Positions 8,328 to 19,411 are shown, counted from the first letter of the stretch. The stretch: 52,421 bases of DNA from Gammaproteobacteria bacterium (GCA_015488295.1 WFOC01000003.1:1-52421); one strand, 5' to 3'. Program-made: numbers and translations. Notes: generated by a model from the sequence alone, not told the origin.

Positions 8328-8462
8328 TAAGAACCTTTGATTAACTTCTGTTTTGTCATCCTGTCGTAGCCGAAAAAAATCTTAAATACCATAACCTGCT
8401 GATAGCTCAACAACTGAAGATTCTTCGACTTTTCTCAGAATGACATGAATTAGAGCTTCCTT
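8328..8462. repeat. MITE/REP-like palindromic element at the island boundary
   Basis: Inner inverted repeat TGTCATCCTG (8354) ... CAGAATGACA (8445); imperfect outer ends AAGAACCTTTGATT / AATTAGAGCTTCCTT. Confidence 0.45.
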
Positions 8463-10066
8463 TAACGATACAGGGAGGCCGAAGCCAGTTCGCGGGTGTA
8501 ATCATGCTGCGGATGGTTAAACACCTGCTCTACATCACCCTGCTCGACAACTTTTCCCTGGCGCATAACGATGACGCGATGCGCCATGGCGCGCACTACG
8601 CGCAGATCATGGCTGATGAACAGGTAGCTGAGATTGCGTTTTGCCTGAAGGTCCGCCAGCAGCGCCAGCACCTGTTTTTGTACCGAGACATCAAGCGCGC
8701 TGGTGGGCTCGTCGAGCAGAATGACATCAGGTTCAAGCACCACGGTGCGGGCGATAGCAATGCGCTGTCGCTGACCGCCGGAGAACTCGTGCGGATAACG
8801 CCACAGAGCATCTTCATCAAGATCGACTTCCTGCAAAATGGCGATGATTTTTTCCAGCCGCTGCCTGACATCGAGCTTGGGAAAATGCAGGCGCAGGCCT
8901 TCTTCAATAATCTGCTGCACGGTGAGCCGTGGCGACAGCGAAGAAAACGGATCCTGAAACACGATCTGAAAGTGGCGGCGCAGTGGTCGCATGCTTTTTT
9001 CATTAAAGCGCGTGACATCCTGACCTTTGAATTTAATCTCGCCATTTGATGCCAGCAAACGAAACATCGCCAGACCCAGCGTGGTTTTGCCGGAACCGGA
9101 TTCGCCGACGATACCCAGGGTTTCTCCCGAACACAATGTCAGGCTGACATCATCAACCGCTTTGACTTCATCAACCTTGCGCTTGAAAAAACCTTTGTAA
9201 ACCGGAAAATAACAGCGCAGGTTTTGCGCACTTAACACAACCTTGTCGCTGGCTTTGACCGTGGCGATTTTTTTATCCGGCTCGCTGTCCAGCAAAAAGC
9301 GGGTGTATTCATTTTGCGGATTAGCAAACAACGCTTCAGTATCATTGGTCTCAACAATTTTTCCCTGGTGCATAACACAAACACGGTTAGCAAAACGCCG
9401 CACCAGGTTTAAATCGTGTGTGATCAGCAAAACAGACATGCCGGTATCCTGCTGAATTTCGTGCAGCAAATCGAGAATCTGTTGCTGAATGGTCACGTCC
9501 AGTGCGGTGGTCGGCTCATCGGCAATCAGCAGCGCCGGATCACAGGCCAGCGCCATGGCAATCATCACTCGCTGTCGCTGACCGCCGGATAGAGCATGTG
9601 GATAATCTTTGGCTTTCTGCTCCGGCTGGCGGATGCCGACACGATCCAGCAGTTCGATAACGCGGCGCTGCCTTTGTTCTTTGCTCATATCCTGATGCAG
9701 GATCAGTACTTCTTCGATCTGCTGCCCGATGGGAAACACCGGGTTTAACGAAGTCATCGGCTCCTGAAAAATCATCGAGATGTTTTTACCGCGTACATCT
9801 TTTATCTCGTCATCATTCAGCTTCAATAAATTTTTATTTTCAAAAATAATTTCAGCATCAGAGTAAACCGTGTTTTTTTCATCATGCAAACGCAGCAGGG
9901 AAAAAGCTGTCACCGATTTTCCCGAACCGGACTCGCCAACAATGGCCAGGTTTTCACCGGCAAAAATATCGAAACTGATGTTATCGATAATATCGACCAG
10001 ACCATTCTGCGTATCAAACGACACGCTCAGATCTTTAACACTCAGCAGGGGCTTTTCACTATTCAC
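8462..10066 (-). CDS. yejF: peptide ABC transporter, fused double ATP-binding subunit (YejF-like)
   Basis: Two GESGSGK Walker A motifs, LSGGQRQR and FSGGQRQR signatures. Confidence 0.9.
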   Translation of the reverse strand: MNSEKPLLSVKDLSVSFDTQNGLVDIIDNISFDIFAGENLAIVGESGSGKSVTAFSLLRLHDEKNTVYSDAEIIFENKNLLKLNDDEIKDVRGKNISMIFQEPMTSLNPVFPIGQQIEEVLILHQDMSKEQRQRRVIELLDRVGIRQPEQKAKDYPHALSGGQRQRVMIAMALACDPALLIADEPTTALDVTIQQQILDLLHEIQQDTGMSVLLITHDLNLVRRFANRVCVMHQGKIVETNDTEALFANPQNEYTRFLLDSEPDKKIATVKASDKVVLSAQNLRCYFPVYKGFFKRKVDEVKAVDDVSLTLCSGETLGIVGESGSGKTTLGLAMFRLLASNGEIKFKGQDVTRFNEKSMRPLRRHFQIVFQDPFSSLSPRLTVQQIIEEGLRLHFPKLDVRQRLEKIIAILQEVDLDEDALWRYPHEFSGGQRQRIAIARTVVLEPDVILLDEPTSALDVSVQKQVLALLADLQAKRNLSYLFISHDLRVVRAMAHRVIVMRQGKVVEQGDVEQVFNHPQHDYTRELASASLYR

Positions 10067-10134
10067 TATTTATCTCCATGGATGGAGTGTATGCTGAAAA
10101 TCGTCTGGAACGATTTCAGTGCACTTTTCACTGT

Positions 10135-11184
10135 TCACTGCTTTCTCGTATCGAGCGCTTCTCGCAACGCTTCGCCGATAAAGATTAATAACATCAGGGT
10201 GCCGACCAGTACGATGAAGGCACTCAAGGACAGCCACCAGGCTTCGATATTTTCCTTGCCCTGCGCCAGCAACTCGCCAAGGCTCGGCGTTGTTGGCGGC
10301 ACACCCAGACCAAGAAAATCCAGACTGGTCAGTGCCAGGATTGCGCCACTGATACGAAACGGCAGAAAGGTAATAACTGGCGTTAAGCTGTTGGGCAATA
10401 AATGCCGGGTAATGATGGTGTAATTACTCAGCCCCATCGCCCTGGCTGAACGCACGTAATCCAGATTTCTGCCACGCAAAAATTCAGCACGCACATAATC
10501 GGACAAACCCATCCAGCCAAACAGTGACAACAGAATAATCAGCAGCCAGATACTCGGCTGAAAAATGGATGCGAAAATAATCAGCAGATACAGTTCAGGC
10601 ATGGACGACCAGACTTCGATGATGCGCTGCATGATGAGATCGGTCTTGCCGGAAAAATAACCCTGCACAGCGCCAGCAACAATACCGATGGCAACACCGA
10701 TAACCATCAGCGCCAGCGCAAACCACACCGAGATTCGAAAGCCGTAAATAACACGCGCCAGCACATCACGGCCACGGTCATCGGTGCCGAAATAATTTTC
10801 TGCCGATGGCGGTGCCGGGTTCGGCAGGTCGCTGTCAAAATTGATGGTGTTGTAACTGTAGGGGTTGAGCGGCTCGATCATCCAGTTGCCATTTTTTTCC
10901 AGCTGCTGACGAACAAAGTCATCAGTGTAATCAGCCTCGGTTTCAAAATCGCCACCGAAGGTTGTTTCCGGATACGTCTGCACCACAGGAAAATAAAAAT
11001 TGCCGTCATACTTCACCAGCAGCGGTTTATCATTGGACAGCACTTCGGCAAAAAAACAAAGCACAAATAAAATGCTGAAAATCCACAGGCTGATGTAACC
11101 GCGACGGTTGGCTTTAAAACGTAACCAGGCACGCTGCCCCGGCGACAAACCCTTTGCCTGATTTTGTTTTTTCAGGGCAAACAT
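10135..11184 (-). CDS. yejE: peptide ABC transporter permease (YejE-like)
   Basis: YPETTFGGDFETEADY, GTDDRGRDVLARVIYGFRIS. Confidence 0.9.
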   Translation of the reverse strand: MFALKKQNQAKGLSPGQRAWLRFKANRRGYISLWIFSILFVLCFFAEVLSNDKPLLVKYDGNFYFPVVQTYPETTFGGDFETEADYTDDFVRQQLEKNGNWMIEPLNPYSYNTINFDSDLPNPAPPSAENYFGTDDRGRDVLARVIYGFRISVWFALALMVIGVAIGIVAGAVQGYFSGKTDLIMQRIIEVWSSMPELYLLIIFASIFQPSIWLLIILLSLFGWMGLSDYVRAEFLRGRNLDYVRSARAMGLSNYTIITRHLLPNSLTPVITFLPFRISGAILALTSLDFLGLGVPPTTPSLGELLAQGKENIEAWWLSLSAFIVLVGTLMLLIFIGEALREALDTRKQ

Positions 11185-12236
11185 TATTTATCCACCGAAT
11201 CAAAATGAATGCGTGGATCAATCATCACATAACTAATGTCAGCCAGCAGTTTTGCGATCAGGCCAAGAATGGTAAACATGAACAACGTGCCCAGCACCAC
11301 CGGGTAATCACGTTTTAATACCGACTCGTAAGAAAGCAGGCCCAGACCATCCAGTGAAAAAATAGTTTCGATCAGCAGACTGCCGGTAAAAAATGCGCCG
11401 ATAAAAGCTGCCGGAAAACCGGTAATTAAAGGAATGATGGCATTGCGAAAAACATGGCGATATAAAACAGCCGTGTCAGACAGACCTTTGGCTTTTGCGG
11501 TCAGTACGTACTGCTTGCGAATCTCTTCGATAAAACTGTTTTTGGTCAGCATGGTCATCACCGCAAAACTGCCGATAACAGACGCGGTGATCGGCAGCAC
11601 CATATGCCACAGATAATCGGTGATCTGCTTATACCACGGCAATGTATCCCAGTTATCCGACACCAGACCGCGCAAGGGGAAGATATCAAGAAAACTTCCG
11701 CCACCCAGAAAAACCAGCAGGGTAATGCCGAGCACAAAACCGGGAATCGAGTAACCGATCAGAATAAGCGTGCTGGTTACCACATCAAAAGTGCTTCCAT
11801 CCCTGACCGCCTTGGCGATGCCCAGCGGTATACAGGTGGAATAAACGATCAGAAAACTCCACACACCCAGACTGATCGACACCGGCAACTTGGAGATAAC
11901 CAGATCAACCACCGACATATTATGAAAATAACTATCCCCAAAATCAAAGGTCAGATAGTTTTTCATCATGGTAAAAAAACGTTCGTACACCGGCTTGTCA
12001 AAACCATAAAGCGCACGAATTTCTTCGATGTACTCTTCATCCAGCCCGGTCGCCCCACGATACAAACCACTGGTGCCACTGCTGGCCTCACCAACACCGT
12101 GCTGCCCTTCCAGCTGACTGATCAACTGCTCCACCGGCCCGCCAGGAACAAACTGCGTCACCGCAAAGGTGATCAGCATGACACCAAACAAGGTTGGAAT
12201 CATTAACAATAGTCGTTTTAATATATATGAAAACAT
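11184..12236 (-). CDS. yejB: peptide ABC transporter permease (YejB-like)
   Basis: YILKRLLLMIPTLFG, QFVPGGPVEQ, MLTKNSFIEEIRKQYV. Confidence 0.9.
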   Translation of the reverse strand: MFSYILKRLLLMIPTLFGVMLITFAVTQFVPGGPVEQLISQLEGQHGVGEASSGTSGLYRGATGLDEEYIEEIRALYGFDKPVYERFFTMMKNYLTFDFGDSYFHNMSVVDLVISKLPVSISLGVWSFLIVYSTCIPLGIAKAVRDGSTFDVVTSTLILIGYSIPGFVLGITLLVFLGGGSFLDIFPLRGLVSDNWDTLPWYKQITDYLWHMVLPITASVIGSFAVMTMLTKNSFIEEIRKQYVLTAKAKGLSDTAVLYRHVFRNAIIPLITGFPAAFIGAFFTGSLLIETIFSLDGLGLLSYESVLKRDYPVVLGTLFMFTILGLIAKLLADISYVMIDPRIHFDSVDK

Positions 12237-12285
12237 TTTTATTTTTTAGGCTATTACACTTTGTTATCATTTCAACCGATGAATA

Positions 12286-12313
12286 AGATCCTTCGGCTTC
12301 GCTCAGGATGACA
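12286..12313. repeat. half copy of the REP-like element seen at 8354-8445
   Basis: AGATCCTTCGGCTTCGCTCAGGATGACA resembles AGATTCTTCGACTTTTCTCAGAATGACA at 8418-8445. Confidence 0.5.
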
Positions 12314-12341
12314 ACGTTTTTTATTATTCACTTTTCATTAT

Positions 12342-14156
12342 TCACTGCTTTTTTATCCACCACGCCTTCAACATCCAGCTAACCGGATCATAATACAGCG
12401 GCTGTGTTTTCGGGATACCAAATTTATTCCAGTAGGCCACGCGGTGCACATTGATGTACCAGTTGGGCACCAGGTACTCACCGTATAACAACACACGGTC
12501 GAGCGCACGTGAAGCGATGATCACATGCTCGCGATCTTTTGCCTGGATAATTTCCAGCACCAGTGCATCAACCACCGGGTTTTTTATGCCCGGCATGTTT
12601 CGTGACCCTTTCATCTCTGCCGAGCTTGAATAAAACATGTTCATCAGCTCATTACCCGGCGATACTGATGACGGAAAACTGGTGACCACCATATCAAATT
12701 CAAAAGTATCCATGCGGCGTTTATACAACGAGGAATCCACTTTCCGATACCTGGTTTCAACACCGAGTTTTTTCAGGTTGTGCGCGTAAGGTGCGATGAT
12801 ACGATCAAAGCCGCTCTGCACCAGCAGTATATCCAGCACGAAAGGTTCGCCTTCGGCATTTTTAAGCACACCGTCCTGCACCGTCCAGCCGGCTTCGGCC
12901 AGCAGGTCACGCGCCTGGATCAGATTTTTACGCAGGCTGTACGGCGGCAAGGTGGTTGCTGGCTGCCACTGCCGGGTAAAAATTTCCGGTGGCAGCTGGT
13001 CACGGTATTTTTCCAGCAGCGCTAACTCCTTGCCTTCGGGCAAACCTTTTGCGGCTAACTCGCTGTTGCTGAAATAACTGTCTGCGCGCACATACTGGTT
13101 ATAAAAAAGTTTGGCATTGGCCCACTCAAAATCGTAAGCCAGACTCAGCGCCCTTCGTACTCGCACGTCCTTGAATTTATCGCGCCGGGTATTAAAAGCA
13201 AAGCCCTGCATGCCAGCATTGTTCTTGTGCGTCAGTTCGCGTTTTATAATCTCGCCCGAATCATAACGCGGGCCATTATGTGAACGCGCCCAGCGCTTTG
13301 AATAATTTTCAAAAAAGAAATCAAACTCGCCGGCCTTGAATGCTTCCAGCGCAATGGTTGAGTCCTTGTAATATTTATAAGTTATCTTTTCATAGTTGAA
13401 CATGCCTTTGCGCACTGGCAGGTCCTGCGCCCAGTAGTCCGGGTTTCTGACATAAACAATGGACTTGCCGCGATCATATTTTTCTACCCGGTAAGGACCA
13501 CTGGCAATCGGAACAACATCACCGGTTTTGTCAAAAGCCAGATTACCTGCCCATTTTTTTGAGAAGATGGGAATTTCACCGATGATCATGTGCAGCTCGC
13601 GATTTTTGTTTTTAAAGTCGAAACGCACAGTCAGTTCATCGATAACGGTGGCTGATTTCACATCGCCATAATAAACCCGGAACTGCGGATGCGCGGCTTT
13701 ACTCATCAGGATATCAAAAGAATATTTTACATCCTCGGCTGTAATCGCATCACCATTGGAAAATTTTGCCAGCGGGTTGATGTGAAAGGTGACCGAGAGC
13801 TCATCGTCCGACAGGTAAAAATCATCGGCGATCAGTCCGTATTCGGTGAACGGCTCATCCAGACTTTTTTCCAGCAGGCTTTCAAACACCAGTGTGCCCA
13901 GGCCGCCGGCAGAGATGCCTTTCAACAAATACGGATTCAGACTGTCAAACGTACCCAGCCCCATCAGGGTCAGCTCACCGCCTTTGGGCGCATCCGGGTT
14001 TACATAATCAAAATGCTGGTAGTCAGGCGGGTACTTGGGCGCATAGCCCATTCCCATTGCCGGCACTGCGTTTACATTGACGGGAAGGCAAAACAGAAGG
14101 ATAAGAAAAAGGGAAACTCTCGCATCGAACCATCGATCTAACATGGTATTTAACAT
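12342..14156 (-). CDS. yejA: peptide ABC transporter periplasmic binding protein (YejA-like)
   Basis: PKYPPDYQHFDYVNPDAPKGG, GTFDSLNPY, FNTRRDKFKDVRVR; signal peptide. Confidence 0.9.
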   Translation of the reverse strand: MLNTMLDRWFDARVSLFLILLFCLPVNVNAVPAMGMGYAPKYPPDYQHFDYVNPDAPKGGELTLMGLGTFDSLNPYLLKGISAGGLGTLVFESLLEKSLDEPFTEYGLIADDFYLSDDELSVTFHINPLAKFSNGDAITAEDVKYSFDILMSKAAHPQFRVYYGDVKSATVIDELTVRFDFKNKNRELHMIIGEIPIFSKKWAGNLAFDKTGDVVPIASGPYRVEKYDRGKSIVYVRNPDYWAQDLPVRKGMFNYEKITYKYYKDSTIALEAFKAGEFDFFFENYSKRWARSHNGPRYDSGEIIKRELTHKNNAGMQGFAFNTRRDKFKDVRVRRALSLAYDFEWANAKLFYNQYVRADSYFSNSELAAKGLPEGKELALLEKYRDQLPPEIFTRQWQPATTLPPYSLRKNLIQARDLLAEAGWTVQDGVLKNAEGEPFVLDILLVQSGFDRIIAPYAHNLKKLGVETRYRKVDSSLYKRRMDTFEFDMVVTSFPSSVSPGNELMNMFYSSSAEMKGSRNMPGIKNPVVDALVLEIIQAKDREHVIIASRALDRVLLYGEYLVPNWYINVHRVAYWNKFGIPKTQPLYYDPVSWMLKAWWIKKQ

Positions 14157-14358
14157 AGGCGTAACGTGATTATATTGTTATTTTTATGTTGGATAGTCGT
14201 GCGCATTTTTAGTTGCGTTCATCGCTTTATTTGTTGCATTCATGGCTTGCATTTACGGGTAAAATCCGCCTAACATGTGGCAACTGAGTTTACAGTACTG
14301 GTCAGCTACTCGCCAACATCGCTGACTGACAATAATAAAATATTTAAGGGGAACAACC

Positions 14359-15150
14359 ATGGGCTTTTTAACCGGCAAACGTGCATTAATTTTTGGTGTA
14401 GCAAGCAACCGATCAATTGCCTGGGGTATCGCACAGGCAATGCATCGCGAAGGGGCTGATCTGGCTTTTGCCTACCAGGGTGAAAGACTGAAAGAGCGCG
14501 TGGAAAAACTGGCAGGGCAATGTGATTCAGACATCGTGGTGCCCTGTGATGTGGAAGACGATGACCAGATCGAAGCAGTCTTTGACCATCTGGATGACTA
14601 CTGGGACACCCTCGACATCATCGTGCACTCAGTAGCATTTGCACCCAAAGAGATGCTGGAAGGCGACTATCTGGACAACATCAGCCGCGACGGTTTCAAC
14701 ACCGCTCACGATATCAGCTCATACAGCCTGGCCGCTATCGCCAAGGCCGGTCGCCACATGATGCAGAACCGCAAAGACGCGGCCATCATCACCATGAGTT
14801 ACCTCGGCGCAGTGCGCGCTTTTCCCGGCTACAACGTGATGGGGCTGGCCAAAGCCAGTCTGGAAGCCAATGTTCGTTACCTGGCGCATTCACTGGGGCC
14901 GGAAGGCATCCGCGTCAACGCCATTTCTGCCGGCCCGATCAAAACACTGGCGGCGAAAGGCATTACCGGTTTTAACAAGATTATCCAACACGTAGAACAA
15001 AGTGCACCACTGCGGCGCAATGTCACCATCGAAGAAGTCGGCAACACCTCAGCCTTCCTGTGTTCGGAACTGGCCAGCGGTATTACCGGCGAGATTGTTT
15101 ATGTTGATGCCGGTTATCACACAGCGGGCTTGATGGGTGATATCGAATAA
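14359..15150 (+). CDS. fabI: enoyl-ACP reductase
   Basis: [37 protein letters not shown]. Confidence 0.97.
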   Translation: MGFLTGKRALIFGVASNRSIAWGIAQAMHREGADLAFAYQGERLKERVEKLAGQCDSDIVVPCDVEDDDQIEAVFDHLDDYWDTLDIIVHSVAFAPKEMLEGDYLDNISRDGFNTAHDISSYSLAAIAKAGRHMMQNRKDAAIITMSYLGAVRAFPGYNVMGLAKASLEANVRYLAHSLGPEGIRVNAISAGPIKTLAAKGITGFNKIIQHVEQSAPLRRNVTIEEVGNTSAFLCSELASGITGEIVYVDAGYHTAGLMGDIE

Positions 15151-15168
15151 AGCCTGAACTATTACACC

Positions 15169-15213
15169 ATTAAAAAAGGTCGGCCTCTGATTCAGAGGCC
15201 GACCTTTTTTAAT
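15169..15213. terminator. bidirectional intrinsic terminator
   Basis: AAAAAAGGTCGGCCTCTGA-T-TCAGAGGCCGACCTTTTTT between convergent genes. Confidence 0.9.
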
Positions 15214-15225
15214 GTGCTGTATCTG

Positions 15226-15254
15226 CGTGGGCAAAAAAACCTTGCCCACCCTAC
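15226..15254 (-). repeat. GTAG-type REP-like palindrome
   Basis: Minus strand GTAG-GGTGGGCAAG-GTTTTT-TTGCCCACG. Confidence 0.55.
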
Positions 15255-15256
15255 TT

Positions 15257-16525
15257 TTATACAAGCTTTGTTTTTTCGCCTTCGAGGCGGGCGATGGTGA
15301 CTGCGGCGCAGGAATCACTGAATACATTGACCGAGGTACGACACATATCCAGCACACGATCAACCACAAGAATCAAACCAATCGCTTCCAGCGGCAGACC
15401 GATGGCAGCCAGAATAATGGTAATCGCCACCAGACTTGCTGATGGAATGCCGGCAACACCAATCGAAGTCAACAGGGCCACCAGCACAATGGTGAACTGG
15501 GTGGTGATATCCAGTGAGATGCCGTAGGCCTGCGCGATAAACATCGCCGCCACACACTCATACAGCGCGGTGCCGTCCATATTGATGGTTGCACCCAGTG
15601 GCAGGGTAAAACCGGATACCTGGTTGGAAACACCGGCACGATTTTCAACACAGTCCATGGTAATCGGCAGAGTGGCCGATGACGAGCTGGTGGAAAACGC
15701 GGTCAACAACGCAGGCAACATGGCTTTAAAATGTTTTGTCGGTGAAACCCGTGCCAGGTAACGCAGAATGGCCGGCAGAAACAGCAACAGGTGCGCGGCC
15801 AGCGCCAGCACCACCGTGGCAAAAAACATCGCCAGCGGTTCAAATGCTTCAACACCGGAAATCATGATCACTTTTGTCACCAGCGCATACACACCCAGCG
15901 GTGCGAACTTCATGATGAGGTTGGTCATCATCATCATGATGTCGAGCAGACCCTGCCAGAAATCTTTATGAACCTGTGCCGATGAGCCTTTTAATTTTGA
16001 AACAAAAAAACCGAAAATCAGGCTGAAGAAAATCAGTCCCAGCATCTGACCGTTAGCGGCAGCGGTGACAATGTTGGGCGGCACCATGCGCAGCAATACC
16101 TCAGCAATGTCACTGGCACCTTTGCCACCGACCTGGCTGACCACTTCTTCGGTCTGTTCTGACAGGCCAATAACATGACGCGCCGGTTCACCATCAACGA
16201 TACCCGGTTGCAACAGGTTAACGAAGAACAGGCCAATGAGAATGGCAACCAGGCTGGTGCTGGCATAATACAAAACAGTTTTTGAACCCAGCCGTCCCAG
16301 GGCATCGCCATGCAGGCTCATCATGCCGGTAATAATCGATGCCATCACCAGCGGCACGATCAGCATCTTTAGTGCATTGAGAAACAGGGTACCAAAAAAG
16401 ACCAGCACCGAAAGAAATGAAATACCAAAAACTGACGCGGACTGATCGACAATCAGCCCGGTAAGCACAGCAAAACAAAGCGCGATTAATATCTGCCAAT
16501 GTAACGCGATTTTATTTATTGCCAC
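15257..16525 (-). CDS. dicarboxylate/amino acid:cation symporter (DAACS, GltP-like)
   Basis: AFSTSSSSATLP, LPLGATINMDGTALY, DRVLDMCRTSVNV. Confidence 0.95.
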   Translation of the reverse strand: MAINKIALHWQILIALCFAVLTGLIVDQSASVFGISFLSVLVFFGTLFLNALKMLIVPLVMASIITGMMSLHGDALGRLGSKTVLYYASTSLVAILIGLFFVNLLQPGIVDGEPARHVIGLSEQTEEVVSQVGGKGASDIAEVLLRMVPPNIVTAAANGQMLGLIFFSLIFGFFVSKLKGSSAQVHKDFWQGLLDIMMMMTNLIMKFAPLGVYALVTKVIMISGVEAFEPLAMFFATVVLALAAHLLLFLPAILRYLARVSPTKHFKAMLPALLTAFSTSSSSATLPITMDCVENRAGVSNQVSGFTLPLGATINMDGTALYECVAAMFIAQAYGISLDITTQFTIVLVALLTSIGVAGIPSASLVAITIILAAIGLPLEAIGLILVVDRVLDMCRTSVNVFSDSCAAVTIARLEGEKTKLV

Positions 16526-16622
16526 AATGCGATTCTCATGTTTTACCTGCAGACTGTTTTATCAGGATGTTTTTGATAACACATGCCTGCATGCTGAAAA
16601 AATCCGAATGAAAGTTTATTTA

Positions 16623-18512
16623 TCAGTCAACCTTGTTAATCAGGTTCATGTTTCTATCGATGTCTGCACTTTCCTTGATCATCTGTAAAGCACTTGAAAA
16701 ATCACGAATCGCGTTTTCTCTTATCACTTCGCTCTTCACCTGATCCAGCTGACCTGGCAAAATATTTTCCGGGGTATTCACTTTATTCAATACCACCAGA
16801 GCAACATCACCAGAGATCAGGTTAACCTCTTTAACCGGTTTCTTGCCATCCTGTGCTGGTGCCATGGCAAACGCACTTCGCAAGATAGCCGCGTCACTTA
16901 CCCGCGCACTGTCTCTGCGACCAAGCGCCGTGATGTTTTCCAAAGTAACGCCATCGGATTTTATATTGTCGACAGGTTCGCCCGCTTCAATTTTTGCTTT
17001 TGCTTCTAACGCCGCAGCCAGCGTCTGTTCGTGGCCGGCCATCACTTTTAATATGTTTTCTATCCGCGAGCTAACCTCTGCCAACGGAATAGCTTTTGCC
17101 GGTATGCGTTCAACCATGCGGATGACAACAACGTGTTCCGGGCTCACCTCAATAATATCGCTGTTACTGCCCTGCTCTAGCACCAGTGGAGAAAACGCAA
17201 CGCTGCGCACTTTCTCATTTTCAGCAATACCTTCACCCTGGTTACGAGAAAAGTATTCACTGGTCTTAAGTTTAAGACCAAGGTCTTCAACCACGATATC
17301 GAGGCTGTCAGGATTTTCATAAGCCGTCGAAGCCAGTTGTTCGCTTAAATCATAAAACATTGATGCTACAGCATCGGCTCTGATCTCTTCTTCAAATTCA
17401 TAACGCTTCGTCGCCAACGGTGCAACAGGTTCCTTTCGTATATCATCCAGCTTGATAATATGAAAACCAAACTGTGTTTCGACTACGTCGCTCACAGAAC
17501 CTTTTTCCATGCTGAATAATTTTTTCTCGAATGGTTTAACCATTTCACCCAGAGCAATCCAGTCAAGGTCGCCACCTTCGGCAGCTGATCCCGGATCCTG
17601 CGAATATTTTTTCGCCAGTTCAGCAAAGTCTGCGCCCTGCTCCAGTTCTTTTTTTATTGTCTCAATCGTATTCTGCGCAGCAGCTTTATTTTCGTTAGCC
17701 TGTATCAATATATGGCGTGCTTTACGCTGCTCGCGGCCAGCCGCACTTTTTACATAATGGTCGTACAGTTCTTCGACCTGTTGCTCATCAATCTCAACAT
17801 TGTCAGCCAGTGCGCCGGAAGTAATTTCGACGTAATCAACCTTAATTTTTTCAGGCAACATGAAACGCTGCAGGTTTTCCTCGTAGTACTGTTTGATTTC
17901 TTCAGCGGTTGGCTTTGTTGCTGTAGAAAAATGTTCAACATTAAACGTCAACACGCTGATGTCACGTGTTTGTTCTGTCAGCGCTGCGAGTTTATTCACC
18001 ATATCATTGGTAACAAACGTGGAGTTGACAATGGCTGATTGCATTTGCTGCAATCGCAATTCATTTCGCAGTGTATATTCATACATCGGTATGCTCATGC
18101 CGAATGAAGCAACACCGGCTTCAAAACGTTCACGATCAAACACACCATCGACACTAAATAGCTGCCGGATTCTTTCGCTCAAGATGGCATCCGAAATACG
18201 GTAGCCCTGTTTAAAGGTAACGTCTTCAAGCACACGCTGATTAATCATCTGCGTTAAAGTGCGTTCGCGTAATGCTTTTTCTTCTATGGGAAGTTCGCCA
18301 CCGTACTGACGCAACAGAGACTGACGCTCACGTGAAACCGCACGCTCAAACTCATTGGCAGATATTTCCGAATCATTCACTTTAGCAGCATAACGCGGGC
18401 CGGCATCATCAAAGTAAGACTGAATACCCCAGAGGGCAAAAGGCAAACCAATCAATATAACAATAGCAATACCTAACCAACCCTTAATACGATCATTAAT
18501 AGCTTGTAACAT
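16623..18512 (-). CDS. ppiD: peptidyl-prolyl isomerase / periplasmic chaperone PpiD
   Basis: N-terminal TM, SurA-like domain, parvulin ARHILI...SQDPGSA..GGDL...GFHIIK; downstream of lon-hupB. Confidence 0.92.
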   Translation of the reverse strand: MLQAINDRIKGWLGIAIVILIGLPFALWGIQSYFDDAGPRYAAKVNDSEISANEFERAVSRERQSLLRQYGGELPIEEKALRERTLTQMINQRVLEDVTFKQGYRISDAILSERIRQLFSVDGVFDRERFEAGVASFGMSIPMYEYTLRNELRLQQMQSAIVNSTFVTNDMVNKLAALTEQTRDISVLTFNVEHFSTATKPTAEEIKQYYEENLQRFMLPEKIKVDYVEITSGALADNVEIDEQQVEELYDHYVKSAAGREQRKARHILIQANENKAAAQNTIETIKKELEQGADFAELAKKYSQDPGSAAEGGDLDWIALGEMVKPFEKKLFSMEKGSVSDVVETQFGFHIIKLDDIRKEPVAPLATKRYEFEEEIRADAVASMFYDLSEQLASTAYENPDSLDIVVEDLGLKLKTSEYFSRNQGEGIAENEKVRSVAFSPLVLEQGSNSDIIEVSPEHVVVIRMVERIPAKAIPLAEVSSRIENILKVMAGHEQTLAAALEAKAKIEAGEPVDNIKSDGVTLENITALGRRDSARVSDAAILRSAFAMAPAQDGKKPVKEVNLISGDVALVVLNKVNTPENILPGQLDQVKSEVIRENAIRDFSSALQMIKESADIDRNMNLINKVD

Positions 18513-18760
18513 AGTTTTTCTACTTTTTATGTGTTTGTGGCTTAAATACGTTTGGGCAGAATTATACCTAAATCACAACGTTTATACGGTATCAGGCAAA
18601 AATAAATTATTGTGTGCGTCGAGCTGGAAATAATCTAACAGGCGGTTAACGAGCGACCGGCAGGATATGAGATTTTTTTGAGAGGGGTATCTGATCTGAA
18701 TTTAATGACAGGTACCGCACAAGGTTAAAGTTTAACTCTGATGCGGTACAGTCTTAAAAA

Positions 18761-18869
18761 CGGCGAACCGGACGGGATTATGCGGCGCTTCCCTGCGCCG
18801 CACCCAAGGCTTCGCTTCGCTCGTGTAAATTTGTTCCTGACAAATTTATCGAACCGTTCGAACCCCGTC
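18761..18869 (-). repeat. duplicated tRNA-Asp 3' end interrupted by a structured palindromic insert (att-like scar)
   Basis: 18761-18779 matches 18930-18948 at 17/19; nested hairpins follow, then TTCGAACCC. Confidence 0.6.
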
Positions 18870-18929
18870 TATGCTATGTGCAAGCATCGTATATGCTGCC
18901 AGAGCTGGGGATCAAATGGATTTTAAATA

Positions 18930-19006
18930 TGGCGGACCGGACGGGATTCGAACCCGCGACCTCCGGCGTGACAGGCCGGCATTCTAACCAGCTGAACTAC
19001 CGGTCC
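18930..19006 (-). tRNA. tRNA-Asp(GTC)
   Basis: 77-nt cloverleaf GGACCGG...CCTGTCAC...TTCGAATC...CCA. Confidence 0.97.
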
Positions 19007-19011
19007 GTACT

Positions 19012-19087
19012 TGGTGGGTGCTGAGGGAGTCGAACCCCCGACATTCGCCTTGTAAGGGCGACGCTCTACCAGCTGAGCTAAGCACCC
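19012..19087 (-). tRNA. tRNA-Val(TAC)
   Basis: 76-nt cloverleaf GGGTGCT...CTTACAA...TTCGACT...CCA. Confidence 0.97.
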
Positions 19088-19138
19088 TACTACGCAAAGA
19101 TGTCCTGAAAACACAATGACAGCCCTGCGGAAGGCGCG

Positions 19139-19411
19139 CTAGTTTACTGCATCTTTTAATGCTTTACCAGGCTTAAATGCAGGAACTTTTGCTGCTGCAA
19201 TCTGGATCTCTGCACCGGTTTGTGGATTACGTCCTGTGCGTGCTGCACGATCACGTACCAGGAATGTACCAAAGCCGACAACACCAACTTGCTCGCCTTT
19301 TGCAAGTGTGGATGTGATTGTGCCAAGCACTGAGTCAACTGCGCGTGCAGCGTCTGCTTTAGTCATGCCTGTTGATTCTGCAACAGCATCTGTAAGTTCT
19401 GTTTTATTCAT
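19139..19411 (-). CDS. hupB: DNA-binding protein HU
   Basis: [34 protein letters not shown]; follows lon. Confidence 0.95.
   Translation of the reverse strand: MNKTELTDAVAESTGMTKADAARAVDSVLGTITSTLAKGEQVGVVGFGTFLVRDRAARTGRNPQTGAEIQIAAAKVPAFKPGKALKDAVN

Noticed and set aside
1-8460. CRISPR array or mini-array near the cas genes
   Set aside because: Intergenic gaps (1-128, 6152-6189, 6598-6740, 8297-8461) contain no direct repeats of about 30-37 nt and no I-C-like ATTGAAAC end; only short palindromes.
1-8460. CRISPR-associated transposon (CAST) interpretation of the array-less Cascade
   Set aside because: No tnsA/B/C or tniQ in the window, and an intact HD-Cas3 is present, unlike type I CASTs.
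18741-19114. Short ORFs 18741-18926 and 18923-19114
   Set aside because: They overlap the tRNA genes and the att-like repeat; translation artefacts.
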